DNA of 64,000 nt, taken from assembly GCA_041659325.1 (NCBI GenBank), contig JBAZYN010000001.1, positions 430,819 through 494,818 of the forward strand, written 5' to 3'. Below are positions 39,956 to 49,631 of this stretch, piece by piece. The notes below the pieces were generated by a model. The model was not told the origin of the DNA. It worked only from the letters and a program-made list of their open reading frames with translations, and did no database searches. The stretch's first letter is position 1; every line of letters begins with the position of its first letter. The stretch comes from Candidatus Shapirobacteria bacterium (GTDB taxonomy: Bacteria; Patescibacteriota; Microgenomatia; UBA12405). The position numbers and the translations under genes are program-made.

Positions 39956-40432
39956 TTATTTCTTAATTACTTTAACTTTATAATTATATTCTTTTGCTAG
40001 ACCTTTGACTGAATAAGGAAACTCCCCTAGCTGCTCAAAACTCCTGGTCCACTCCTCCCCGGGCAATATCGTCCTCGGCCCCATAAGTTCAAACTCTACC
40101 GCCACCATGCTATCGGTTCCGTTTCTAAAGGTAACAAAATCATGAAATCCCAAAATTCTGGACTGATCTTCGGCCGAAAGGCCGTTTTCGCCGATAACAA
40201 ACTCAAAAGTTTCCGCTTTTTTCGCCATCTCTTCTTGTTCTGGGGTATAAGTAGGTACTATCGCCTCCTTTTCTTTTGGGATAACTTGATTTCGGCTTTT
40301 ATTACCGATTCCACCCTCTGCAACATATCTCATCCCCACCGATCCGACCAACACCAACACGCCCAAGATAAAAAATACCAATCCCAACGAAACCTTCGCC
40401 GTAGCTCCTCTTTTAAACAAATTATCAATCAC
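39956..40432 (-). CDS. Membrane-anchored cupredoxin-like protein without obvious Cu ligands
   Basis: TM segment and VTFRN...ILPGEEWTRSF..LGEFPY pattern. Confidence 0.55.
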   Translation of the reverse strand: MIDNLFKRGATAKVSLGLVFFILGVLVLVGSVGMRYVAEGGIGNKSRNQVIPKEKEAIVPTYTPEQEEMAKKAETFEFVIGENGLSAEDQSRILGFHDFVTFRNGTDSMVAVEFELMGPRTILPGEEWTRSFEQLGEFPYSVKGLAKEYNYKVKVIKK

Positions 40433-40465
40433 AACTAAAGATTAAAGTATCCCCGCACCTATGTC

Positions 40466-40500
40466 AATCGAGGCGGGATCTTTCGATTCCCGCCTCGATT
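40466..40500 (-). terminator. Hairpin 3' of cassette A gene
   Basis: AATCGAGGCGGGA-TCTTTCGAT-TCCCGCCTCGATT, repeated at 41441. Confidence 0.65.
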
Positions 40501-40523
40501 ATCTACTTTAAATTCAACTTATC

Positions 40524-41123
40524 TTACGGACGCCTTCGTCTTGGCGCTCTGACAACCGGTTTGGCTGGAGGATTTTCTACCATAGAATCCCCTACAAACG
40601 ATTCAGCTGCTCCACAGGATGGTTTTCCTCGCCACAGAGGAGTATCAAGCGGATATTCGGTCACTATCAGAAAAGTGCCGTCATCTAGCCTACCTAAAAT
40701 TGTCTCTGTCGGGAAGACTCCAGGTCCGTCACCAATCTTAACTGTCTCTGTCGCCGAGGATCTAGGATCACCGCCAACCCAACTGAGTCCGGGTCTTGGT
40801 TGCCACGGAGCAGATGGATATGTATCGTCGATTCTACTCACTCTCACGGCTACCCCGCACCTATTAATAGTCCAATCACCAGAACCATTGACACTATAAT
40901 TTTCCTGTATCGCTAGCTGTCTCTCTATGGGCAGTACCGGCAATACCACTCTGTTTTCCGTATCTCTGGACACACCCCCCTCTTCTGCCTTAGCAACACC
41001 ACTAACTGCAGCCCCACCAGCACCAAGTAATAATGTCGCCAACCCCACCCTGGCAACATATTCTACAAACCCAACATGTCTTTTAGCAGATCCTTCATTA
41101 TTTCTTCTAATATTTCTTTCCAT
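40524..41123 (-). CDS. Secreted hypothetical protein, tandem paralog A
   Basis: MERNI..VARVGLATLLLGAGGAA leader, two Cys and an APWQ motif. Confidence 0.75.
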   Translation of the reverse strand: MERNIRRNNEGSAKRHVGFVEYVARVGLATLLLGAGGAAVSGVAKAEEGGVSRDTENRVVLPVLPIERQLAIQENYSVNGSGDWTINRCGVAVRVSRIDDTYPSAPWQPRPGLSWVGGDPRSSATETVKIGDGPGVFPTETILGRLDDGTFLIVTEYPLDTPLWRGKPSCGAAESFVGDSMVENPPAKPVVRAPRRRRP

Positions 41124-41440
41124 TTATTTTTATTTAAAAAATAATTAATTAGCGAACAGACGTAATATAACAAATATTCTAGGACATGTCAATATCATAT
41201 TTACTCTATCCTTGCATACAATCAATTATATCAAAAAATTTAAAATATTCATTATAAAATATTATACACACCAATTACACACGCCAAAAATCACTCCTCC
41301 CATTCTAAAAAAATCAACCCTAAAGAAATTTTCGCCTCCCCCCTATCTCTTTTTTTATCAACACCGCCGCCCCCGTCCGAAAAACATAAAGATTAACTCC
41401 TAGTCACAAATAAAGACTAATGAATTACTTCTCGTATGTC

Positions 41441-41475
41441 AATCGAGGCGGGATCTTTCGATTCCCGCCTCAATT
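41441..41475 (-). terminator. Hairpin 3' of cassette B gene
   Basis: Copy of the hairpin at 40466. Confidence 0.65.
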
Positions 41476-41527
41476 AATTACTTAAATTCAAACCTACTCT
41501 GCAAACCCCACTTGCATTGCAAACGAT

Positions 41528-42028
41528 TTACCTTGGTCCGCAAGTTGGTTCTCCCTGCGATAAATCAGTCCCACCCCTATATTCGATCACATATAATACG
41601 CCATCCTTTGTCATTGTCCCTACAGGTCTCCACTCATTGCCAAGGCGGCTCTTTCCTCCTGTAGCTTGCCACGGAGCATCCGGATAGTCGGGTGTTCTTG
41701 GGCCTTCACCTGGGACGGGAATCGGAGTCATTTGGGTACCTGTTCCACACTCGTCAACAAAAAAACGACCGGCATTACCATCTCTGGCTCTGACCATATA
41801 GTCTATTATTATTCCTAATCGTTCACCGAGAGATACTCTCGGCAATACCACTCCACTTTCCTTACCGGTTCTATACGCTTCACTAACCTCTGCCTGAGTA
41901 ACGCGACCAATAGCAGCCCCACCAGCACCAAGTAATAATGTCGCCAACCCCACCCTGGCAACATTTTCTACAAGCCCAACATGTCTTTTAACGGGTTCTT
42001 CATTATTTCTTACAATATTTCTTTCCAT
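41528..42028 (-). CDS. Secreted hypothetical protein, tandem paralog B
   Basis: Same leader as 40524-41123, two Cys and an APWQ motif. Confidence 0.75.
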   Translation of the reverse strand: MERNIVRNNEEPVKRHVGLVENVARVGLATLLLGAGGAAIGRVTQAEVSEAYRTGKESGVVLPRVSLGERLGIIIDYMVRARDGNAGRFFVDECGTGTQMTPIPVPGEGPRTPDYPDAPWQATGGKSRLGNEWRPVGTMTKDGVLYVIEYRGGTDLSQGEPTCGPR

Positions 42029-42196
42029 TTATTTACTATTTAAAAAATAATTAATTAGCGAGCAACCGTAATATAACATATATTCTAGGACATATCAATA
42101 TCATATTTACTCTATCCTTGCATACAATCAATTATATCAAAAATATTAAAATATTCATTATAAAATATTATACACACCAATTACACACGCCAAAAA

Positions 42197-42772
42197 TCAA
42201 TTTCTTATCTTTATTTCCGAGGAAAAGTATTTCGAAACAAAGTCACTCGGGCCACCGCCCGATAGGCCGGAGCTCAAATAAAATCCCACGCTCAAATCGA
42301 CCACTTTTCCTGTCGATGGGGAAGTCGTCCCGCTGATAAAATTCCCGCAACCGCTCACCTCCACTTCTTCGCCGCTCAGCCGAACGGTATTCGCCGACAC
42401 CGATGCAATTTGGCTATCTGCCGACTCCACACATTGAATTGTCGTCCCTATGCTCGACAAGGAAACCCAAGATTTATCCGCCGGGTCCAATTCGATTGTC
42501 TCTCCCGGAGCATTTATCACGTTTTTTCTGATTTCCGACAATACCCAAGCCCCATTCTGCTCCACCTTATCCGCCCAATTGATCCTGTTTTTCGCCTTAA
42601 AAGAATTAACCAAAACGGTAGTTATAGAAGTCAGGATAAACCCCATCACTGATACCACCACCACTATTTCAATCAAACTAAAACCCATCCTTTTAATCTC
42701 CCTTTCGTCAAAGGGAGATACCCCCACAATAGTGGGGGAGAGGGATTTTGCTTTTGACTCTTTTCTTCTCAT
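42197..42772 (-). CDS. Minor pilin (PilW/GspJ-like)
   Basis: G|FSLIEIVVVV class III signal. Confidence 0.88.
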   Translation of the reverse strand: MRRKESKAKSLSPTIVGVSPFDEREIKRMGFSLIEIVVVVSVMGFILTSITTVLVNSFKAKNRINWADKVEQNGAWVLSEIRKNVINAPGETIELDPADKSWVSLSSIGTTIQCVESADSQIASVSANTVRLSGEEVEVSGCGNFISGTTSPSTGKVVDLSVGFYLSSGLSGGGPSDFVSKYFSSEIKIRN

Positions 42773-43176
42773 ATCCTCGAAAATACCCTATTTAACTTAA
42801 GTATCTGCATTTCCTTTGCCGTCCATTGAACTGTTACCGTTACAAGAACACAAGACGGACACTCCACAATAGAGCTATCAGAATTGTTGAAAACAATTGT
42901 ATATGTATATCCCGGAAACTCTGTCAGTGTTTGCCATGTTGTCGTCGCATACACAAAGGGCGATTCAAAAAATCCCTCCGGGTCAGCTTCTCTGGCTTTC
43001 ATCATTTTCTCCATTACCACCTCCGCCATCCGGCCTGCCGTCTTTCGGTCAAAACTTCTTGTCTTTGTAGAAACCGAAGACACCAACAGCACCACCACCC
43101 CCGAAAGCACCAGTACCACTATTGCTACCGAAAATATTAAATCAACCAGACTTTGACCAAAATTTTTATTATTCAT
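42769..43176 (-). CDS. Minor pilin (PilV/GspI-like)
   Basis: G|QSLVDLIFSVAI N-terminus and VTVTVQW. Confidence 0.8.
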   Translation of the reverse strand: MNNKNFGQSLVDLIFSVAIVVLVLSGVVVLLVSSVSTKTRSFDRKTAGRMAEVVMEKMMKAREADPEGFFESPFVYATTTWQTLTEFPGYTYTIVFNNSDSSIVECPSCVLVTVTVQWTAKEMQILKLNRVFSRI

Positions 43177-43669
43177 TTATCAATCCCGAAGCAGAAACTC
43201 TAACCATCAACCCGCCTCCGCCGGGATCTTCCATCCGGCTCACATCACCGGCAAAAACAGTAAAACCCACTCCCGAATTTACCGGGCTACCGGAAGAATC
43301 CACCAGTTTTCCTTCATAAGAAGCAAACCTCAAACTTGTCCCGACCCCAATCATCACCCCCTCGGGAGAAATATCTTTACTAAAATATTGAGCCGCGCCA
43401 GCATCGTTTGGAAAAACCGAAACGTTTCCCTCGCTGTCAACAGAAAATGTTACATATTTCAAGTCCGCCACTCCGCTCATACTCTGCCCTGTCATGGCAT
43501 AATTTCTTGCCATCCTCAGGCTGGTTATCAGCCCCTCCCGGGCTTCTTCAATTTTTTGAGTTGATCCGAATTTGTTCAAAGATACCACCCCCACCGTTAT
43601 CACCAACCCCATTATTGTTATCGCCACCACTAACTCCACCAAAGTAAATCCCCGTGACCTCACGTTCAT
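43169..43669 (-). CDS. Minor pilin (FimU/GspH-like)
   Basis: RG|FTLVELVVAITI and LRMARNYA. Confidence 0.88.
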   Translation of the reverse strand: MNVRSRGFTLVELVVAITIMGLVITVGVVSLNKFGSTQKIEEAREGLITSLRMARNYAMTGQSMSGVADLKYVTFSVDSEGNVSVFPNDAGAAQYFSKDISPEGVMIGVGTSLRFASYEGKLVDSSGSPVNSGVGFTVFAGDVSRMEDPGGGGLMVRVSASGLINE

Positions 43670-43690
43670 ATATATAAATCTACCATATTA

Positions 43691-43833
43691 CGTCATTACG
43701 ATCCTGAGCCCGTCGAAGGAGTGACAATCTTTAAACCTGCGACTTTGTAGGAAAATCACCACAACCTTCGGTCTCGAAATAACGAGCAGTGTTCTCCTTA
43801 CAGATTACAGATTACCAATTACTGATTACCAAA
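43691..43833. repeat. GTCATT..AATAAC-type palindromic element plus TTAC heptamer array
   Basis: CGTCATTACG-ATCCTGAGCCCGTCGAAGGA-GTGACAATCT, then TTACAGA TTACAGA TTACCAA TTACTGA TTACCAA. Confidence 0.75.
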
Positions 43834-43834
43834 T

Positions 43835-44275
43835 TTACGGCTGTGTCACCCGATAGTTACAATTTCCGGTCGTACACGATACCGCAGTCGCAATCGTTGT
43901 TCCTGTCTCCATCCTGGCATATAGAAAATAGGTGTAATTAGTCTGCCGGTCATAAACATAGGTATCGCTACTCGGCCCAACCGGGTAAGCCGACAAAAAC
44001 CCTCCCGAAGTCAATACTGATATGCTTGAGTCATCAGGATATGTCGTCCCCACCTGTCTCACCACTTCCAGTGCCATTCTGATTCTCTCCAAATCGGCCT
44101 GCCTTCTCCCGTCCCTTGCCTTTCTATTCGTCGTTCCGAAACTCACCGTCGCAATCGCCGTAATTATTGCAATTATAGTTATCACCACAATCAATTCAAT
44201 CAAACTGAAACCTAGTTTTTTTGTAGTGCCCCTCCTTTCGTCAAAGGAGGGGGTAGGGGTAGATTTAATTCTCAT
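43835..44275 (-). CDS. Type IV pilin (GspG-like)
   Basis: G|FSLIELIVVITII and KARDGRRQADL. Confidence 0.9.
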   Translation of the reverse strand: MRIKSTPTPSFDERRGTTKKLGFSLIELIVVITIIAIITAIATVSFGTTNRKARDGRRQADLERIRMALEVVRQVGTTYPDDSSISVLTSGGFLSAYPVGPSSDTYVYDRQTNYTYFLYARMETGTTIATAVSCTTGNCNYRVTQP

Positions 44276-44733
44276 TGTTGATTCTTAACACAATAATGAG
44301 TCTTATTGCCAACCCCCGTAAAATTACAGCTAGCATTAATAGAATTTCCTGCAGTCGTATTTTCAAGCTGTGCGCATACGCAATAATCCGGTACACCAAC
44401 AACAAAACCTCCGGTAACCGTATATGGTGTCACATTCTTGGGATCAACAGGCCAAGCCTGCAAAAAACCTCCGCTGATTAAACCACTACTAAAAGCAGCA
44501 ACTGTTCCCACTGGTGGATACACTGAATTATTCATCAAATAATACTGCTCCGCCGCCGTCTGAATATTTTTCATATCCTGCATCCTTCTCGCATCCCGCC
44601 CTTTCTTTTGCGCGTTCGAATAAGACACCGTCGCAATCGCCGTAATTATTGCGATTATGGAAATTGTTATCAAAAGTTCAAACAAAGTAAAGCCTGTCTG
44701 CCGAAAGGCATGGCCATTTTTTATTTTTTTCAT
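44272..44733 (-). CDS. Type IV pilin (GspG-like)
   Basis: G|FTLFELLITISII, KGRDARRMQDM, PVDP and C-terminal Cys pairs. Confidence 0.9.
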   Translation of the reverse strand: MKKIKNGHAFRQTGFTLFELLITISIIAIITAIATVSYSNAQKKGRDARRMQDMKNIQTAAEQYYLMNNSVYPPVGTVAAFSSGLISGGFLQAWPVDPKNVTPYTVTGGFVVGVPDYCVCAQLENTTAGNSINASCNFTGVGNKTHYCVKNQQ

Positions 44734-44734
44734 T

Positions 44735-45172
44735 TTATTTTGCGCACACAACAAATAATTTGTCTGTAGTTCCGGCAGCCAATCCGCATACTCCCGTATT
44801 CGCTCCGCAATCTATCTGGGATTTTATATCCTCATCGCCGCTTCCCGCGTCCAAACCCACACACAAATCAAAAGTCTCACCGGCCGCATCAACTGTATAA
44901 GTGCACCCAATCCCGCTCATCCCCGGAAGATAGCTAGCCAACGTGGCCGACAAACCTGCACAGGTAGAAAACCCAACCGGATACGATTGATGCTCGTTGT
45001 AGTACATTCTCAGGGCATTTTTAACTGCATTGAGATCAGAAATCCGCTGGGTATCTTTGGCCCTCTCTCTGGCTCCCATAAAATTCGGCAACAATATCGC
45101 CGTCAGGGTAGCAATAATCGAAATCGCCACCAAAAGCTCAATCAGGGTAAATCCAAGTTTTCCGTTTTTCAT
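44735..45172 (-). CDS. Type IV pilin (GspG-like)
   Basis: G|FTLIELLVAISII and RAKDTQRISDL...Y...YP. Confidence 0.92.
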   Translation of the reverse strand: MKNGKLGFTLIELLVAISIIATLTAILLPNFMGARERAKDTQRISDLNAVKNALRMYYNEHQSYPVGFSTCAGLSATLASYLPGMSGIGCTYTVDAAGETFDLCVGLDAGSGDEDIKSQIDCGANTGVCGLAAGTTDKLFVVCAK

Positions 45173-45181
45173 AATTAAATG

Positions 45182-45700
45182 TTAATAGATAGTTAAATCC
45201 GGATCCAACGGATCATTATTAACACTGGATATCGCAAAACAAAAAGCATTATTTCTCCCGCACGCAGTGTAAAGCAAGTCTCCGCTTCCGTCTTTAAGAC
45301 ACTCCGGATCATTGGTGTTTTCCAGGATTGTATACAAAGAAAACTTTTTTTGGTCAGGAGACACTACATAGCAATACTGAGTTGGGGATGGCAGTATATT
45401 TTCTTTTGGTACCACCTTCATATATGTATACCCGGTAAGATCTTTCAATTCCAATCCCCACAATACATTTAAGCCCCTCCCTCCCTCCAAATCAGTCGCT
45501 ATCGGATATTTCCCATAATCGGCATAATACATCTGCAGGGCCTTGGCCACCGAGCTGATATCGGTCTTCCTTTGTGAATCGGCCGCCCTTTTCCTGGCCA
45601 AAGTAAACTGTGATGCCGTGATTATCGTCAATATCCCCATAATGGTTATTACCACCAAAAGCTCAATCAGGGTAAATCCATTTTTACTTATTTTTATCAT
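45182..45700 (-). CDS. Type IV pilin (GspG-like)
   Basis: NG|FTLIELLVVITI and DSQRKTDI..ALQMYYADYGKYP. Confidence 0.92.
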   Translation of the reverse strand: MIKISKNGFTLIELLVVITIMGILTIITASQFTLARKRAADSQRKTDISSVAKALQMYYADYGKYPIATDLEGGRGLNVLWGLELKDLTGYTYMKVVPKENILPSPTQYCYVVSPDQKKFSLYTILENTNDPECLKDGSGDLLYTACGRNNAFCFAISSVNNDPLDPDLTIY

Positions 45701-45729
45701 TGCTACTTAATCATAACAGATTTGTTAAC

Positions 45730-46419
45730 TCACTCTCGACAACCCAACGCCCCCCACCATTCCAGTCCTCCTCCGGGGCAAAGATCAATCTGGCAGTCAG
45801 TACTTGGCGCCCAATAACAATTTGCCCCCGAGCAATTGGCCTGTTTCCAATTGCCTTCGTCCAGAACCCTACAGGCGTAGTTACAGATATCACCACAGGA
45901 TTCGGGATATACAGTTGTATCATACCAATTGGCATTTGGACTGGAAACTCCATAATTTACCGGCGAAGAGGTATATGCCCCTGCTCCCGATATACCCCCC
46001 CAGCCAACAGGAATATCCCGATCGGCCAAAAACTCTAAGTAAGCATACGCTCTATATTCATCCGGGCAGCTGCTACTGGAATCCACAATTATTTCATACG
46101 GGTCACCATCCGGATCGCACGGCCACGGAGTCAACCAGGGAGAAAATATAATTCCGCTATCACAATTTACCGGATTCTGTAATTCATCAACTTTCGCCTG
46201 GTTGGGATAGCATCCCTTGTCGTTGTAATATTCCTCAAACGCAGTCTTAATCCTCGACAAATCTTTTTTTCTCCTGGCATCCTTACCCTTATTAACCAGA
46301 GCAATTGGGTTAATAATCCCGATTATAATCACCGACATCAGGGCAATTATTGACATCACTATCAACAATTCCGTCAATGTAAAACCCGCAGACCAAATAG
46401 CATTCCCCTTCCTTCCCAT
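45730..46419 (-). CDS. Type IV pilin with Cys-rich C-terminal extension
   Basis: G|FTLTELLIVMSII, INP..KGKDARRKKDL and WPCDP. Confidence 0.9.
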   Translation of the reverse strand: MGRKGNAIWSAGFTLTELLIVMSIIALMSVIIIGIINPIALVNKGKDARRKKDLSRIKTAFEEYYNDKGCYPNQAKVDELQNPVNCDSGIIFSPWLTPWPCDPDGDPYEIIVDSSSSCPDEYRAYAYLEFLADRDIPVGWGGISGAGAYTSSPVNYGVSSPNANWYDTTVYPESCGDICNYACRVLDEGNWKQANCSGANCYWAPSTDCQIDLCPGGGLEWWGALGCRE

Positions 46420-46422
46420 AAA

Positions 46423-47220
46423 TTACTCTAACATTTTTTGGACATAGAAACCAACGCTCCCGCTCCACCACCAGGCCACCAATGTCCCCAATATCAGAAA
46501 CGGACCAAATGGTATGACTGATTTTCTTTTTACCTTTTTTACCGCCATCAATACCAATCCCACTATCGCTCCCGACACAAACGCCACATAAAAAGCCAGT
46601 ACTGTCTTTTCGGGGCCTAGCAACAATCCCATAAACACCGCATACTTTACATCTCCCATCCCCATCCCTTTCCCCTTAGTTATCACGTGTAAAAACAGTA
46701 AAAATCCTGCCGCTCCAACCGCCGCTAATAAATAAGGGACTACATTTTTCTCATCAAAAAACACCCCGGCAAAGGCGATAACAATCAGTATTATCGTAGA
46801 AAAATCCGGCAATATCATGTATCTAAAATCAAACACCGCACTAAACACCAACATCGTGATTATTACCAACTCCAAAACAAAAAAAACGTTAAATTCGTAA
46901 TTTGAAATTCGTAATTCGTAGTTAATTAAAAATAATATCCCCATTGTAATTTCTACAATAGGGTAGGAGACCGGTAAACTTTTGGCACAACATCTGGTTT
47001 TTCCGCCCTGCGTCAGCCACGAAATTATTGGCACATTCTCAAACCACCTCAACTGTCTTCCGCAATAATCACAATAACTCCTTTCTTGAGACTTTAGGAC
47101 TTTTGGACTTTTAGACTTTAAGACTTTATATCGAACAGCAGTTCGATAAACTACCATATTCACAAAACTCCCAAAGCACGCCCCCAAGACAAAAATCGTT
47201 ATCAAAAGCAACATTTCCAT
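46423..47220 (-). CDS. pilD: Prepilin peptidase
   Basis: GSFVNMVVYR, RSYCDYC, GMGMGDVK and IPFGPFL. Confidence 0.95.
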   Translation of the reverse strand: MEMLLLITIFVLGACFGSFVNMVVYRTAVRYKVLKSKSPKVLKSQERSYCDYCGRQLRWFENVPIISWLTQGGKTRCCAKSLPVSYPIVEITMGILFLINYELRISNYEFNVFFVLELVIITMLVFSAVFDFRYMILPDFSTIILIVIAFAGVFFDEKNVVPYLLAAVGAAGFLLFLHVITKGKGMGMGDVKYAVFMGLLLGPEKTVLAFYVAFVSGAIVGLVLMAVKKVKRKSVIPFGPFLILGTLVAWWWSGSVGFYVQKMLE

Positions 47221-47237
47221 AATCTATTGTACTAATA

Positions 47238-47600
47238 CCCCTCCTTTCCTCAAGGGAGGGATTAAGGGTGGATTTTTGCCCCTCCGTCATTACGAGGAGC
47301 AGTTATATAAGCGACGTGGTAATCGTTACAGAATTAAAATAGTCGAGTTGTTTCAGGATTACGAAGCCTGTCCCGAGAAACGAGGTATCGTTTCTCCTCG
47401 CAATGACAAACATTCTAACCCTCCCTTCGTCGAGGGAGGGAATAAAAGGGTGGGTTTGGCTTGAGGGTAGATTTAGATTTATCCCTCCCTTTTCAAGGGA
47501 GGGAAGGGTGGGTTTAACCTAAAACCCCGCCTTTCGGCGGGGTTAAATTCGTAATTCGTAATTACTAATTCCTGCCTGCCGGCAGGCATGGCGTAATTAA
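47238..47600. repeat. Dense cluster of at least four repeat families plus the pilin terminator
   Basis: Three CCCTCC..GGGAGGG copies, GTCATTACGAG..CTCGCAATGAC, the hairpin AACCCCGCCTTTCGGCGGGGTT, and an AATTCGT array with a 21-nt insert. Confidence 0.85.
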
Positions 47601-47605
47601 CCTCA

Positions 47606-48328
47606 CTACGGCACACACTTAAATAAGGATGTTGCCGGTGCAAGAAACGTCCACACCGCCGGATCAGGGTACCCAGCTACAAAGTCGGCAGGTACCACCG
47701 GAACCAAGCTAAAACCTACCATGTTATTTGCCGAATCAACAGCAGCTTCCGGTTTATAAAGGACCGTCGCACTGGTTCTATTCGATTTCGCTTTCGGTAT
47801 ATAACAAACATAAATAGAATTATGCCCTGATGCTGCATCTTTTTTGTCAACATAAAGCAAGTTCATTCCCGCCAGGTTAAAATTAGGATTTCCGGGAGCC
47901 AGTGACGTATAGCCCTTGCTTAAAAATGAGTCTTTCAGTTCGTCAGTACTTATCAACAGCCCGGCATTATTGTACAAAGTACAATCATCATTTGGAGTCG
48001 ACGCGGCACCGCCGGTACAAAGGGCTGCCCCGGCCATAGTACTCCTTCCGAACCAGGCCGCATCTGAGGTGGTAATTGTCGCCGCACTATCAATATCAAC
48101 CCACGGATAAGTCTGCTTAACAGTGTAGTACCTCTCATAAGCGTTCATTACTTCTGCCGCATCATTTTGCACTGTCGAATCTTTGGCTTTGTTTGATTGC
48201 TCAATCGGGTTAATGGTCGCTAATACTGCCACCGACAAAATGGCAATCAAGGCAATCACTATCAAAAGTTCCACCAGAGTAAAACCTCCCTGCCCGGGGC
48301 TTTTTCTTATCATATTTTTCGCTATCAT
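47606..48328 (-). CDS. Type IV pilin, candidate major pilin
   Basis: GG|FTLVELLIVIALIAIL..INP. First pilin after pilC, followed by a strong hairpin. Confidence 0.9.
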   Translation of the reverse strand: MIAKNMIRKSPGQGGFTLVELLIVIALIAILSVAVLATINPIEQSNKAKDSTVQNDAAEVMNAYERYYTVKQTYPWVDIDSAATITTSDAAWFGRSTMAGAALCTGGAASTPNDDCTLYNNAGLLISTDELKDSFLSKGYTSLAPGNPNFNLAGMNLLYVDKKDAASGHNSIYVCYIPKAKSNRTSATVLYKPEAAVDSANNMVGFSLVPVVPADFVAGYPDPAVWTFLAPATSLFKCVP

Positions 48329-48417
48329 TTTTTTATTAACTTTTTAACTTTATTCAGCCACAGGCTGATCCGCCTTTGGCGGAAACTTTATTAACTTTCT
48401 ACATTCATTATTTACCA

Positions 48418-49629
48418 CTAGAAAGATGATGTCAAGTTATAGATAGGCATAATCACGGCAATTACCAAAAATCCCACCCCGACTCCTAGCACTATCATAA
48501 TCAACGGCTCAATTGCCGCCGTCAGGGACTTCACTGATTGCTCCGCCTCGGTGGAAAAATATTCTGCCACCCGAATCAACACTTCATCTAGCTTTCCGGT
48601 TGCTTCGCCTGTTGCCACCATTTGATTAACAATCATCGGAAATACCCCCGCGTCCTCAAAAGAATTGGAGATACTAAATCCTTTCTGCACTCTTTCCGAA
48701 ATGTCAATATACGCCCGGTTGTACACCTCGTTTCCTGCCACCTTGGCCACAATCTTTAGCGCATCGACCAGTGATATACCTGCCGACAACAGCATCGACA
48801 AAGTCCTTATCGTATCCGCCAAAATTGTCTTTTCAATCAACGGTCCCATAATCGGTGCTTTCAATTTCAAGGTATCCAGTTTGAAACGGAATTCTGCGTT
48901 TTTCATTCCGACTCTGTATGCCGACACCGCCCCCACGGCAATTATGGGAAAAAGATACCAATTTTTTGCCATCCCATTCGACACTGCCATCAAAATCTGT
49001 GTAACCATCGGCAGCTTTGATCCCATATCCGCATATAACCCCAAAAGTTTGGGGATAACAAAAATCATCATAATAAAAGCCACAATAATCATGCCTATTA
49101 CCACGATAATCGGATAAATCATTGCCCCTTTCACTTTTCCCTGAAACTCGTTTTGGTCCTCCAGTCCGTCCGCCAACTTGGTCAATATTTCCTGCAACAC
49201 TCCTCCCGACTCACCGGCATCAATCGAGGCCACATAAGCCTCACCAAAAACATCCTGATATTTCTTTAACGAATCACCCAAAGACTGCCCGCCCCGCACC
49301 ATCCCCAAGGTATATTCCAAAATATCAAACATCATCCCGTTTCCCGCCGTCTGATTTTTTAGAAGCGACAGGGCATCGGTCAGTGGTAAACCTGCCGTCA
49401 TCATCGTCGACAGTTGCCGGGTAAAAGTAGACACTTGTTTTAGCCCCACTTTCCCCAAAAATTTTTTTGAATATTCATTTAAAATGTTTGGTCTGTCCAT
49501 CTCCACCGACAGGGGAATTAGACCCGATCCTTTTACCGATTCGATCACTTGCACCCGATCATTTAATTCCAAAAACCCCTTGATTGTCTTGCCGCTCCAG
49601 TCTTTTGCCCTGTATAAAAACTTTGGCAT
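48418..49629 (-). CDS. pilC: Type IV pilus platform protein PilC/GspF
   Basis: FTRQLSTMMTAGLPL, GESGG.L, AMIYP, GEATGKLD and IEP. Confidence 0.96.
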   Translation of the reverse strand: MPKFLYRAKDWSGKTIKGFLELNDRVQVIESVKGSGLIPLSVEMDRPNILNEYSKKFLGKVGLKQVSTFTRQLSTMMTAGLPLTDALSLLKNQTAGNGMMFDILEYTLGMVRGGQSLGDSLKKYQDVFGEAYVASIDAGESGGVLQEILTKLADGLEDQNEFQGKVKGAMIYPIIVVIGMIIVAFIMMIFVIPKLLGLYADMGSKLPMVTQILMAVSNGMAKNWYLFPIIAVGAVSAYRVGMKNAEFRFKLDTLKLKAPIMGPLIEKTILADTIRTLSMLLSAGISLVDALKIVAKVAGNEVYNRAYIDISERVQKGFSISNSFEDAGVFPMIVNQMVATGEATGKLDEVLIRVAEYFSTEAEQSVKSLTAAIEPLIMIVLGVGVGFLVIAVIMPIYNLTSSF

Positions 49630-49631
49630 AT

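Noticed and set aside
40524-42028. Tandem paralogs as pilins (VG|FVEY, VG|LVEN)
   Set aside because: No Glu at +5, charged residues follow the Gly, and a signal peptidase I-like site (AKA, TQA) fits better.
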